This document shows positions 9,528-18,872 of a stretch of DNA of 60,695 nucleotides, one piece after another (positions within the stretch are counted from its first letter, which is position 1; each line of letters opens with the position of its first letter). A program made the position numbers and the translations under genes. This stretch comes from an uncultured Candidatus Saccharibacteria bacterium. GTDB taxonomy: Bacteria; Patescibacteriota; Minisyncoccia; Phycocordibacterales; UBA918. The notes beneath the pieces are model-generated. The model did no database searches, was not told the DNA's origin, and was given only the letters and a program-made list of their open reading frames with translations. The DNA is taken from contig CAZSOS010000001.1 of the NCBI GenBank assembly GCA_964608605.1, positions 55,193-115,887 on the forward strand, in the 5' to 3' direction.

Positions 9528-10262
9528 TCATTTATACGGATCCTTCTGGGCGTAGATAGAGACGGTGCGGCGCTTGCGGGCCTTGCCGTGAGAGCGGTGT
9601 TTGTGCGAACGGTAGACCTTATGAACGATGAATTTCTCCCCCAGGAATTCCGCCAGCTCTTCTTCGGTGTAGACGTGTTCCGGCACGCCGATGACCGGAT
9701 GGATATAAGTGCCCGGTTCATCGGTGGGATACTCTTTTAAAAGCCGAGCGGAGTGCAGATCGTCATCCAGGAGGAAGGTCTTCATGAAGAGCCAGCCGCC
9801 GGGGCGCAAGGAGCGGTGGATCTCGTCCCGAAGGTGTCGGCGCTCGGCGGCGTTCAGAAAGTGCGACGTCATCATGTCGAGCGCCAGGTCATAGGATCCG
9901 TCCTCGGTCGGCAGATCACCGGCGATGCTTCTGGCTTCGAAGGTAAGCCCTAGTCCTTCTCCGGCCCGCCTGGCCTCGGCGATGGCCGCGGTCGAGGTGT
10001 CGATGCCGAAACCGCGGGCGCCAAATTCCCGGGCCAGGAAGATCAGGTTACGACCATTGCCGCAGCCTAGGTCCATCACTTGGACGTGGCGGTTCAGTCC
10101 GGTCTCGCCCTTTTGGCGCCCTATCCAGCGGGTGAACTTAGCCAGGTCCTCGCTTTCCTCGCTCGACAACGCCAAATGCTCTCCGCCCTTGGCGTACTCG
10201 CTGTCCCAGAAGGTCTGGCCATGCTGGCGGCGCTTTTGCTTGCGGATAAAGGGTCGTTTCAT
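9528..10262 (-). CDS. Class I SAM-dependent methyltransferase
   Basis: VMDLGCGNGRN motif I, GIDTS, YDLALD. Confidence 0.9.
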   Translation of the reverse strand: MKRPFIRKQKRRQHGQTFWDSEYAKGGEHLALSSEESEDLAKFTRWIGRQKGETGLNRHVQVMDLGCGNGRNLIFLAREFGARGFGIDTSTAAIAEARRAGEGLGLTFEARSIAGDLPTEDGSYDLALDMMTSHFLNAAERRHLRDEIHRSLRPGGWLFMKTFLLDDDLHSARLLKEYPTDEPGTYIHPVIGVPEHVYTEEELAEFLGEKFIVHKVYRSHKHRSHGKARKRRTVSIYAQKDPYK

Positions 10263-10374
10263 ACTCAGTTGACTGGTTGTCTAGTTTTCTGGTTCGCTGG
10301 TTGATTGAGCGGATAATGACCAAAAAACAAGTTAACTAGTAAACCAGAACGCTAGTTGGTACAATATCACGCAT

Positions 10375-11016
10375 ATGCTAAAAAGACACTTTTGGAAGAT
10401 CGTAGCCTTGGTGGTCGTGATCTTGATCGGTGCCTCGGTGGTTTATTCGCAGCAGGCCGCCAAGAAGGCCAACGAAGGCGTGTCGGTGGAGACCCACGTC
10501 AAAGGCGATCCGGACGCTTCAGTGACCCTGGCCGAATACAGCGATTTCCAGTGCCCGGCCTGCGCCCAGTTCTATCCGTACATCAAAGATATCTTGAGCG
10601 AGCATGGCGACAGCATCCGCTTCGAGTATCGGCATTTTCCGCTCATCAACATCCACCCGCAGGCCGTTCCGGCCGCCCGGGCCGCCGAGGCCGCCGGGCA
10701 GCAGGGGAAATTCTGGGAGATGCACGACAAACTCTTCGAAAATCAGTCGGTCTGGAGCAAGTCTTCGAACCCGTCGGGCTTCTTCAACCAGTACGCCGAG
10801 GAACTCGGATTGGACATCACTCTCTTCAAGCGTCATATGGGATCCACCGTCATCACTGACGCCATCAACCAGAGCTTCGAGGACGCCCGCGACCGCGGTT
10901 TCACCGGCACGCCCACCTTCCTTCTCAATGATCAGGTGATGAACTTCACCACCTTCGACGAATTCCGCGCCCAGATAGAGGCCGCCGTTTCGGCCAGCAG
11001 CACCGACGCTTCCTAA
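10375..11016 (+). CDS. DsbA-family thioredoxin-fold oxidoreductase
   Basis: TM anchor, EYSDFQCPAC, RHFPL, GTPTF. Confidence 0.93.
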   Translation: MLKRHFWKIVALVVVILIGASVVYSQQAAKKANEGVSVETHVKGDPDASVTLAEYSDFQCPACAQFYPYIKDILSEHGDSIRFEYRHFPLINIHPQAVPAARAAEAAGQQGKFWEMHDKLFENQSVWSKSSNPSGFFNQYAEELGLDITLFKRHMGSTVITDAINQSFEDARDRGFTGTPTFLLNDQVMNFTTFDEFRAQIEAAVSASSTDAS

Positions 11017-11091
11017 TTTTTAAAAGAAACGAATCCGTGTTGTAGTGATTACGCATCCCTATAACGTGCTAGCATTTTGCATCCAAGCGAT

Positions 11092-12384
11092 ATGCCAAAA
11101 AAGAAGCGAAACATCATAGCCTACGTCTCTAAGTTACCGGCGGAAGCGATCGCCGATATCCGGGTCTGGGAGAAAGAGACCGGCGAGCGATACCGGATCA
11201 TGCTGATAGAGAACGCCGCTCGAAAGTTCACCAAGAAGCAGTCCGGCGCCAATCTGGAAGGTGTCAATATCGTTGTATCCGTCGATTTTGGCAATGATTC
11301 CGCGCTTCAAGAAGCTCTGGCTCCGTACCAGGACCAGCTTTGCGCTATCACCAGCCGGGCCGAATCTTACCTGGCCGATTTCATCAAGATCATCCCGTTC
11401 GTGCCGTATCTGCCGGCTCCGACCCCGGAATCGTTGCGCTGGGCCAGTGATAAACGCTTGATGCGCCGCCACTTCAAGGTGGCCGATTCTTCGATATCTC
11501 CCAAGTACACTCTTGTCAGGAACGCTGAGGAAGCAGAGTTGGAGCGTGTGGTCGGCCAGGTCGGTTTTCCGATGATCGTCAAGCCGACCAATCTGGCTCA
11601 GAGCCTTCTGATCAGCGTCTGTCATCATCGTGATGAATTACGTAAGGCGGTCAAGGATATCCTGAAGAACATCGAGAAGATCTACGAAGAGAACGGGCGG
11701 ACCGAGCGGCCGCGCATCATCGCTGAAGAATATATGGATGGTCTGCAGTACTCCATCGACGCCTATGTTTCAGCCCGAGGTAAGGTCACTTGCTGTCCGT
11801 TGGTGCGTCAAAAGACCGGACACGACATCGGCCGGGATGACTTCTTCGGCTACTTGCAGTCGACCCCGACCGGGCTTTCCGCCGCTACGGTCAAGAAGGC
11901 CGAAGAGGTGGTCCGCCGCGGCGCGCACGCGCTCGGTCTCAGGAACACCACCGTGCACGTGGAATTGATGCGCATCGACAACACCTGGAAGATCATCGAG
12001 ATCGGCGCTCGCATTGGCGGCTTTCGTGCTCAGCTTCATCGTCTTTCCTGTGGCATCAATCACGGCATGAACGACGTGCTGGTGCGCATGGGGCGTCAGC
12101 CGGTGGTACCGCGCCGCTGCCGCCGCTTCGCGGCGGCCATGAAGTACTACGCCAAGGAAGAGGGGGAGATCGTTAGTATCCTGGGTCTCAAGAAGGTCGA
12201 GAAGTTGGCTTCTTTCCATAAGATCGAGATGCGCAAGAAGCGCGGGGACAAGAGCGTGTTCGCCAAAAACGGTGGCGGCGCCATCTTCGTATTGTATCTG
12301 GTGAACGATTCCCGTTCGGATCTGTTGGCTGATATCCGGCGGGTGGAGGAGACAGTGAAGGTTAAGGTTCAGAATGCCCTATGA
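11092..12384 (+). CDS. ATP-grasp domain protein (amino-acid-ligase-like)
   Basis: DKRLMR, FPMIVKP, IAEEYMDG, IIEIGARIGG. Confidence 0.85.
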   Translation: MPKKKRNIIAYVSKLPAEAIADIRVWEKETGERYRIMLIENAARKFTKKQSGANLEGVNIVVSVDFGNDSALQEALAPYQDQLCAITSRAESYLADFIKIIPFVPYLPAPTPESLRWASDKRLMRRHFKVADSSISPKYTLVRNAEEAELERVVGQVGFPMIVKPTNLAQSLLISVCHHRDELRKAVKDILKNIEKIYEENGRTERPRIIAEEYMDGLQYSIDAYVSARGKVTCCPLVRQKTGHDIGRDDFFGYLQSTPTGLSAATVKKAEEVVRRGAHALGLRNTTVHVELMRIDNTWKIIEIGARIGGFRAQLHRLSCGINHGMNDVLVRMGRQPVVPRRCRRFAAAMKYYAKEEGEIVSILGLKKVEKLASFHKIEMRKKRGDKSVFAKNGGGAIFVLYLVNDSRSDLLADIRRVEETVKVKVQNAL

Positions 12385-13226
12385 AGTTGGCCTTGGTCGC
12401 TTTCTCTGACAAGCAGGAATTTCGTCTCCAAATAAGAGAGGAGATGATAGATCGTGGTCATCAGTGTGATCTTAAGCCGTTTTCTGTCCTGCCTATCAAC
12501 GCGAGCATGATGGATGACGTGTTCATGGTGCTGCGTCAATATGACGTGGTACATTTCGTGCTAGGTTTCAACGAAGAGCTCGCTAAAACTTTACAAGCGA
12601 GGCTATCATCTGAAGGAGTAATTTGTCCAAATAATAGAAGCAACGCCACGAACATAAACGACAAGATATTCCAGATGGTAGAACTGGCTAAAGTTGGGGT
12701 GCCTACACCTCGTTCTGTCAGATTAGTGAGTCCTGATAAATCCGAAGTCAGGGCTAGTCTAGGTTTTCCTTGTGTGATCAAAGAACCTGTGGGGAGTAAG
12801 GGTGAAAAAGTAGCTTTGTGCACTGAGAATAATTTTGATGAAGTCATAAAACCCAACAAAGAGTACCTAGGACAAGAGCTCGTAAGATACACCGCTGACT
12901 ATCGGGTGCATGTAGCGGGTAACGAGACTTTCTGCATTTACGAACGAGTAGCGCCGGAAGGTGATTTTAGGGCGAACGTATCTCTTGGTGGAGCCATGAA
13001 AAAGGTCGATGACGCAGAATTGCTGATAAGATTATCTGAATTGGCTCTTCAGACAACTCGAGCCTTATCCATGGATTATGGAGGAGTAGATATCATCAAG
13101 GATGAGTCAGGCAATCTGTTCGTGTTGGAATTCAATCCGAATCCTGGTTTCAAAAATGTTACAGATGTTACTGGAGCACCCTTCTATAGGCACGTGGCTG
13201 ATTACTACGAGTCGTTGATGCAATAG
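12381..13226 (+). CDS. RimK-family ATP-grasp ligase
   Basis: PCVIKEPVGSKG, DYRVHV, FRANVSLGG, GGVDII, LEFNPNPG; visibly AT-richer than its neighbours. Confidence 0.88.
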   Translation: MKLALVAFSDKQEFRLQIREEMIDRGHQCDLKPFSVLPINASMMDDVFMVLRQYDVVHFVLGFNEELAKTLQARLSSEGVICPNNRSNATNINDKIFQMVELAKVGVPTPRSVRLVSPDKSEVRASLGFPCVIKEPVGSKGEKVALCTENNFDEVIKPNKEYLGQELVRYTADYRVHVAGNETFCIYERVAPEGDFRANVSLGGAMKKVDDAELLIRLSELALQTTRALSMDYGGVDIIKDESGNLFVLEFNPNPGFKNVTDVTGAPFYRHVADYYESLMQ

Positions 13227-13246
13227 GTTTGTTGTATAATACATTC

Positions 13247-13801
13247 ATGATTCGCACGCGTGATTTTTTGGTGTTCTCAGTGGCCTTAGTGTTCCTATTT
13301 TCCGGGATCACCGCCACGGTGGTATCTGATTCTTTTTCCGGCGCTGGCGGGCAGGTGGCTAGCGTGGCCAGCTTCGCGGCCCCGGCCGCTATTAGCGGCG
13401 CCGAACCCGCTGCTTCTAGCGACGACAATGCCGCCAACGTTGCCCGCCTGAAGGCCAAGATCGCCGCCGGAGATGGCGACATCGCCGCGGGAGAGCCGAT
13501 CTTCACTTCGGTCGACACCGTGACCGCCACCACGGCCGTGACTCTCACCGACCAGACTCCGGATTCGGCGATGATCGGGCACACGCTGGATGGTCAGCCG
13601 CTTCTGAGCGGGGATCTCTGGCGTTTCGTCGGCTTCGGTCCGGGCGATCAGATAGGCGTGGCCTTGAACGATCGGCCGATATTCGGTCCGCGCTCCGATG
13701 ATTTCGTTCTCGACGCTTGCGGGGGAGTAGATGAGGGCTTCGGCTACCGTTACCACTTCCAGCCCGGGAAGACTATCGATCCGGTTTGTTACGCAAATTA
13801 A
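13247..13801 (+). CDS. Membrane-anchored hypothetical protein with YHYH-like C-terminus
   Basis: N-terminal TM; GVALNDRPIFG...LDACGG...GYRYH. Start 6 nt after TATAAT. Confidence 0.55.
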   Translation: MIRTRDFLVFSVALVFLFSGITATVVSDSFSGAGGQVASVASFAAPAAISGAEPAASSDDNAANVARLKAKIAAGDGDIAAGEPIFTSVDTVTATTAVTLTDQTPDSAMIGHTLDGQPLLSGDLWRFVGFGPGDQIGVALNDRPIFGPRSDDFVLDACGGVDEGFGYRYHFQPGKTIDPVCYAN

Positions 13802-13806
13802 CTTTT

Positions 13807-13835
13807 TATAAAAGCGCCCAAAGGGCGCTTTTATA
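13807..13835 (+). terminator. Intrinsic terminator
   Basis: TATAAAAGCGCCC-AAA-GGGCGCTTTTATA. Confidence 0.75.
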
Positions 13836-13852
13836 TCTGTTATAATTTAGAT

Positions 13853-13993
13853 ATGTCTGACAGAAAATTCCCCGAAGGATTCTATTGGGGTGAGACGAGG
13901 CAGTGCCTCGTCGCAAGGCCGGACTGGAGCGGAGTGGAAGGAGGCGGGGTCGCGCAAATTTTTATTAAATTTCTTAATAAAAATTATGTGTGA
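13853..13993 (+). pseudogene. Displaced original 5' end of the GH1 gene (MSDRKFPEGFYWG) running into the inserted element
   Basis: ATG 6 nt after TATAAT; the first 13 codons match the GH1 FPxxFxWG motif; stops at TGA 13991-13993. Confidence 0.75.
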
Positions 13994-14046
13994 CCGGCTA
14001 CGGCCTCAAAGTATATGAAACAATTTCCAAAAAATTTTTACTGGGG
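13891..14046 (+). mobile_element. 156-bp folded insertion supplying a replacement gene start
   Basis: Bounded by TATTGGGG / TACTGGGG. Hairpins at 13894-13912 and 13948-13995. Ends in a diverged copy of the GH1 N-terminus. Confidence 0.6.
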
Positions 14047-15238
14047 CGCGGCCGCGGCCTCATACCAAGTAGAAGGAGGGATCGAGAACACGGATTGGGC
14101 CAAGGCGGCCCGCGAAGGTCGGGTGCCACCCTGCGGCCGCGCTTGCGATCATTATCATCGCTATGAAGCGGATTTCGATCTGGCCAAAGAGCTCGGACAC
14201 AACGCGCATCGACTATCGGTGGAGTGGGCGCGCATCGAGCCTGAGGAAGGGAAATTCGACGAGGCGGCCATCGAGCATTACCGAGAAGTGTTGCGGGCGC
14301 TGCGCGCCCGTGGCCTGGAACCCTTCATCACCATCTGGCACTTTACTCTGCCGCTATGGTTCTCCGAAAGGGGAGGATTCGAGAACAAGGATTCGATCGA
14401 GATCTTCGCTAGGTACTGCGCCTACGTCGTCGACCAGCTCGGCGATCTCTGCGTCAATTTCTCCACCATCAACGAGCCCTCAGTGTATGGCTCCAACGGC
14501 TGGCTGCGCGGCAGCTGGCCGCCCTTCAAGCGCTTCGCGGCCACCGACCTGGTAGCCATCACGAATTCCGGTCGCACCTTCGAGTCTAAAGCTAATAAAG
14601 GTATCAAACCTTTATTCACTTGGATGAGGGTGATGAAGAATCTTGCCCGGGCCAATAACGCCGCCTACCGGGAGATAAAAAAAGTGCGTCCGGAGACCAA
14701 TATCAACTTCGTGCACCATGTCATCGTCTTCGACTCAAATTGGAATCCGTTCAACAAGCTCAAGGCCTATATCGCCAATAGTCAGTGGACCCATAAGTTC
14801 ATGAAGCGCACGGCCGGCCATTATGACTCGATCGGACTGAACTATTATTTCTATACAAAGTTCGGCGATAAACGAGAGTGGCGCAAGACCGACATGGATT
14901 GGAACTTCGCTCCCGAACGCATCTATGACGCCTTGATGATGTTGAAACGTTATCAGAAACCCATCTACGTATCGGAAGCCGGTATCGCCGACGCGGCGGA
15001 TTCTGGCAGGGCGGAATATATCACCAGACAGGTGGAAGGAACGTGGCGCGCCCTTAAAGACGGCGTGGACGTGAGAAGCCATATCTACTGGTCCCTGCTC
15101 GACAACTACGAGTGGGCGCTCGGGTTCGATAAGCGTTTCGGCCTGATCAAGATCGATTACGACACCTTGGAGCGCAAGGTGCGCCCGAGCGCGTATGTTT
15201 ATAAAAAGATCATCGCCGATAACGGGCTAGAATCTTAA
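14015..15238 (+). CDS. Glycoside hydrolase family 1 (beta-glucosidase-like)
   Basis: FYWGAAAASYQVEG, TINEP acid/base, YVSEAG nucleophile, WSLLDNYEW. Confidence 0.95.
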   Translation: MKQFPKNFYWGAAAASYQVEGGIENTDWAKAAREGRVPPCGRACDHYHRYEADFDLAKELGHNAHRLSVEWARIEPEEGKFDEAAIEHYREVLRALRARGLEPFITIWHFTLPLWFSERGGFENKDSIEIFARYCAYVVDQLGDLCVNFSTINEPSVYGSNGWLRGSWPPFKRFAATDLVAITNSGRTFESKANKGIKPLFTWMRVMKNLARANNAAYREIKKVRPETNINFVHHVIVFDSNWNPFNKLKAYIANSQWTHKFMKRTAGHYDSIGLNYYFYTKFGDKREWRKTDMDWNFAPERIYDALMMLKRYQKPIYVSEAGIADAADSGRAEYITRQVEGTWRALKDGVDVRSHIYWSLLDNYEWALGFDKRFGLIKIDYDTLERKVRPSAYVYKKIIADNGLES

Positions 15239-15301
15239 AATGGACCTATTTGTTTCTGGATATCCTTTTTAATTTTGAGATTTTCATTCTAAAATTGAAA
15301 C

Positions 15302-16234
15302 ATGTCCTGGGTTTTTCTGGCAGCCGGCGCGCAACTCCTCAATGCTATCGTCGCCATCGGTGACAAGTATCTGGTAACCGACGAACGGCGGATGCCCAAA
15401 CCGTTCGTGTACGGTTTTTATACTTGTCTGCTGACGTCCTTTTGGCTCCTCATTTATCCCTTCGGCTTCATTCCGCAATTAGCCGCGCTGGGGATACCGC
15501 AATTCAGCAACATTCAATTTCCCACGCTCGAAGTCGTGGGGCTCTCGTTCTTCTCGGCTTACACTTTCTTCCTGGCCATCGTATCCCTCTACGGCACCTT
15601 AAAGCGGGCCGACACCTCGGACGTGATGCCTGTGGTCGGCGCCGTGTCGGCCATCGCCACCTTTGGTCTGTCGGTGTTGTTTCTCAACTCGGCCTACTCC
15701 TCGAACGTGATTTGGGGCGTGCTTCTCTTGGCTACCGGCACCTTCTTGGTATCGCATCTGCGTTTTTCCACCAACATCGCTTTAGCGGCGGTTCATAGCG
15801 GTCTTTTCTTCGCGCTTCATTACATTTCGATGAAGGGCCTCTTTATCTCCACTAACTTCGATGACGCCTTCTTTTGGTCGCGCGTGGCATTGATCCTCTT
15901 CGCTCTTTCTTGGCTTTTGGTACCGAATTATCTCGACGTCATCAAGACCCAGAGCAAATCCACTTCGAAGACCACCGGGGTCATGGTCTTTGGCAACAAG
16001 ATCTTGGCTGGCGTGGCGTCATTCATGATCCTCAAGGCGACCGACTGGGGCGACGTGGCGGTGGTGCAGGCGCTCGATGGTCTTAAGTTTGTGTTCATCC
16101 TACTGATCGGACTGGCTCTCGGTTCGTGGTTGCCTAAAGCAGCTCGAGAGAAGGACCGCAGCTTCCGCACCATCGTGCGCAAATTCCTTTACGTGACCAT
16201 TATTTGTATCGGTTTTATTCTTTTGTTCGAATGA
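15302..16234 (+). CDS. EamA/DMT-like membrane transporter
   Basis: 310 aa, about 10 TM segments in two repeats. Confidence 0.65.
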   Translation: MSWVFLAAGAQLLNAIVAIGDKYLVTDERRMPKPFVYGFYTCLLTSFWLLIYPFGFIPQLAALGIPQFSNIQFPTLEVVGLSFFSAYTFFLAIVSLYGTLKRADTSDVMPVVGAVSAIATFGLSVLFLNSAYSSNVIWGVLLLATGTFLVSHLRFSTNIALAAVHSGLFFALHYISMKGLFISTNFDDAFFWSRVALILFALSWLLVPNYLDVIKTQSKSTSKTTGVMVFGNKILAGVASFMILKATDWGDVAVVQALDGLKFVFILLIGLALGSWLPKAAREKDRSFRTIVRKFLYVTIICIGFILLFE

Positions 16235-17247
16235 GTACGGTTAGAAAATGGCTTACATATATCGGCGTGGTCGTCTTGGCCTTTACGGTAGTAGGCGCCG
16301 CGTTCTTTTTTATCCATGACAAGCCGGAACCGGAGCGGATCGTCTATGGCATGTCATTCAACACCTTCTATGCCGAGGAGCTCGGACTCGATTGGCGCGA
16401 GGCGTACGACGCCATACTGAACGACCTAGGGGTACGCCATCTGCGCCTGGCCGCTCACTGGCCGATGCTAGAGCCCGAGCGCGGCCACTTCTCCTTCGCC
16501 GAGATCGATCATCAGCTCACGGAGGCCGAAAAGGTCAGCGCGGACGTGATCCTGGCGGTCGGCCGCCGTTTGCCCCGGTGGCCCGAGTGCCATATCCCGG
16601 AGTGGGCGGCCGGTCTGTCCTGGGAGGAACAGAAAGAAGAATTGCGCGCCTATATCGAAGCGGTGGTAACCCGCTATCGCGGTCATGACAGCGTCATCAT
16701 GTGGCAAGTGGAGAACGAACCTTATCTGGGGGTCTTCGCCCGCGAACATTGCGACGAACTCGATGAAGAATTCCTGAAGGAAGAGATCGCCTTGGTAAAA
16801 AGCCTCGATCCGTCCCGTCCGGTCTTGGTTACCGACAGTGGCAATCTGGGCACCTGGTCCGGCGCCTATCGGCACGGCGACGCCTTCGGCACCAGCGTGT
16901 ACGTCTATTTTTGGAATCCGGAGTTCGGCCAGTTTAGGAGCATGCTGCCGCCTTGGTTCTATCGCGCCAAAGAGGCTCTCGTTCGCCTTATCTATGGCGC
17001 CAAACCGACCTACCTGATCGAGCTTTCGGCCGAGCCTTGGCTCTTGGAACCCATCACCAACGTCGACGTCGAGACGCAGTATTCGCGCATGGATGTCGGC
17101 AAGGTCCGGGAGATCGTTGAATATGCCGAGAAAACCCGCTACGATAAGCAATATCTATGGGGCGCGGAGTGGTGGTATTGGCTGAAGCAGAGAGGCCATG
17201 ATGAAATGTGGGAACTAGGGCGAGAGCTGTTTCAAGTTAAAAATTAA
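16231..17247 (+). CDS. Membrane-anchored clan GH-A glycoside hydrolase (beta-galactosidase/GH5-like)
   Basis: TM anchor, GRRLPRWPECH, WQVENEP, IELSAEPW, LWGAEWW. ATG overlaps the upstream TGA. Confidence 0.75.
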   Translation: MSTVRKWLTYIGVVVLAFTVVGAAFFFIHDKPEPERIVYGMSFNTFYAEELGLDWREAYDAILNDLGVRHLRLAAHWPMLEPERGHFSFAEIDHQLTEAEKVSADVILAVGRRLPRWPECHIPEWAAGLSWEEQKEELRAYIEAVVTRYRGHDSVIMWQVENEPYLGVFAREHCDELDEEFLKEEIALVKSLDPSRPVLVTDSGNLGTWSGAYRHGDAFGTSVYVYFWNPEFGQFRSMLPPWFYRAKEALVRLIYGAKPTYLIELSAEPWLLEPITNVDVETQYSRMDVGKVREIVEYAEKTRYDKQYLWGAEWWYWLKQRGHDEMWELGRELFQVKN

Positions 17248-17256
17248 AATCTCAAA

Positions 17257-18387
17257 ATGAAAAATTACCAGACGAAGTTCAAGGTCATGAGCGCTGTCTG
17301 CGGCGGCGTTCTGGCCTTATGCTTGCCTTTCATTGTCTCAGCTGAAACCGTGGTTCGTACCGGACACTCGGTCTCTATCGGTGCCAGCCAGACGGTGGAG
17401 AACGATTTCTATGCCGCCGGCAGCAACGTCACTCATTCCGGGCAGGTGAAAGAAGATCTCTATGCCGTCGCCGGGTCGGTGACGGTGAACGGTCCGGTGG
17501 GTAGCGATCTCACCGTGCTTGGTGGTACGGTGCAGGTGCACGCGCCGGTCAAGGACGACGTTAGGATCGTTGGCGGCGACGTGGTCATCGCGAGCGAGGT
17601 CGGCGGCGACGTGTTCGTCATCGGCGGTCGTCTGCAGGTGCTGTCTTCGGCCTCCGTCGCCGGCAACGTGTATTTCTATGGTGGCGAAGCCGACATCGAA
17701 GGGCCGGTCAAAGGTCTTTTGATGGGTAGCGCCGAATCCTTCTTCATCAACGGCGAAGTAGGCGGGATCGATGCTTCCGCTCTGCGTCTTGGTCTTGGCG
17801 ACAAGGCGGTGGTCCGCGGCGACGCGCGCTACGCCGGAGCCGCCGAGATCGACCGAGCGCCGGGAGCGGTGGTCGAAGGCGAGATCGCCCGGACGGCTGA
17901 CGCGGCCGCCGATGAAGGGAAGGGAGGAGGCACCGGCCTAGTCTTCGCGCTGGCCTTCGTGTTCACGACGCTGTGCTTCTTCCTGCTGCTTCGCGAACCG
18001 CTGTCGAAGCTGGTCTTCGATATCAGGCATGACCCGCTTCGCGTCGGTCTTGTCGGCCTGGCGGTGGCTATCGGCGCGCCGATCCTGTCCTTCGTCCTCT
18101 TGGCCACCGTGCTCGGCGCCTGGATCGGCTTCGTCCTGCTGTTGGTGACCCTTCTTCTCTTCATCGTCTGTTTCATCCTCATGCCTATCCTGCTCGGTGG
18201 GTATATCCTGGGATATTTCTTCAAGGGACGTAGCCTGGACGTCTTTTCGATAGGCGTCGGTCTGGTCGCTCTGCTCCTCTTTACCTTCGTTCCGGTCCTG
18301 GGCAAATTCCTCTTCCTGGCCGCTTTCCTGATGACTGTCGGGGCCGTGGCCAACGCTCTCTATAAAAAGGCCCGGAATATAGGTTGA
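17257..18387 (+). CDS. Bactofilin-like (polymer-forming) repeat protein with C-terminal TM domain
   Basis: Repeated V-x-G-D-V beta-helix-like motifs, then 5 TM segments. Confidence 0.7.
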   Translation: MKNYQTKFKVMSAVCGGVLALCLPFIVSAETVVRTGHSVSIGASQTVENDFYAAGSNVTHSGQVKEDLYAVAGSVTVNGPVGSDLTVLGGTVQVHAPVKDDVRIVGGDVVIASEVGGDVFVIGGRLQVLSSASVAGNVYFYGGEADIEGPVKGLLMGSAESFFINGEVGGIDASALRLGLGDKAVVRGDARYAGAAEIDRAPGAVVEGEIARTADAAADEGKGGGTGLVFALAFVFTTLCFFLLLREPLSKLVFDIRHDPLRVGLVGLAVAIGAPILSFVLLATVLGAWIGFVLLLVTLLLFIVCFILMPILLGGYILGYFFKGRSLDVFSIGVGLVALLLFTFVPVLGKFLFLAAFLMTVGAVANALYKKARNIG

Positions 18388-18462
18388 CAGGATAATATTT
18401 CTGTGTAATTAATATACAAGGAAGTACCGTTTTATCATCGACATCCAAGAAAGGGAAGTCAA

Positions 18463-18804
18463 ATGGGAGTTTTCATTTTGATCGGACGTGGCATCAGGGC
18501 CAGGACGATCTTGGTGACCGGACTCAGCGCTATCAGCGAAAGACCGTTCGGACGCGTTACTAAGGGAGCGTACAAAGACGGTCAGTTGGGCACTGGCGCT
18601 CATATCGTCACCCGTCACCTCAACCCCTCCGAGCGTCGGGCGTATTACTACGCCAAATCGAACGGGCTGAAGGTTATCGAGCTGGAAGAGGTACCCAGTA
18701 GCTACCCTACGATCCCCCCGGCTGAAGCGGTCGTCAGGCGGGGGGTGAATCCCAGGCTGCGGATCATTCCGACGCCGACCATTGCGTTCAGGGGTTACCC
18801 CTGA
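18463..18804 (+). CDS. Hypothetical protein
   Basis: 113-aa ORF with purine-rich upstream sequence; no recognisable family. Confidence 0.45.
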   Translation: MGVFILIGRGIRARTILVTGLSAISERPFGRVTKGAYKDGQLGTGAHIVTRHLNPSERRAYYYAKSNGLKVIELEEVPSSYPTIPPAEAVVRRGVNPRLRIIPTPTIAFRGYP

Positions 18805-18872
18805 ATATTGGGCCGGGGCGCTTGCGCCCCGGCCCACCCACAAGCCACCAGGTTTTGCTACAATACTATCGT

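Noticed and set aside
13991-13993. TGA recoding (genetic code 25) joining the two GH1 starts
   Set aside because: Many well-conserved genes here end in TGA (dedA, htpX, ECF sigma, uvrB) and none needs internal TGA read-through
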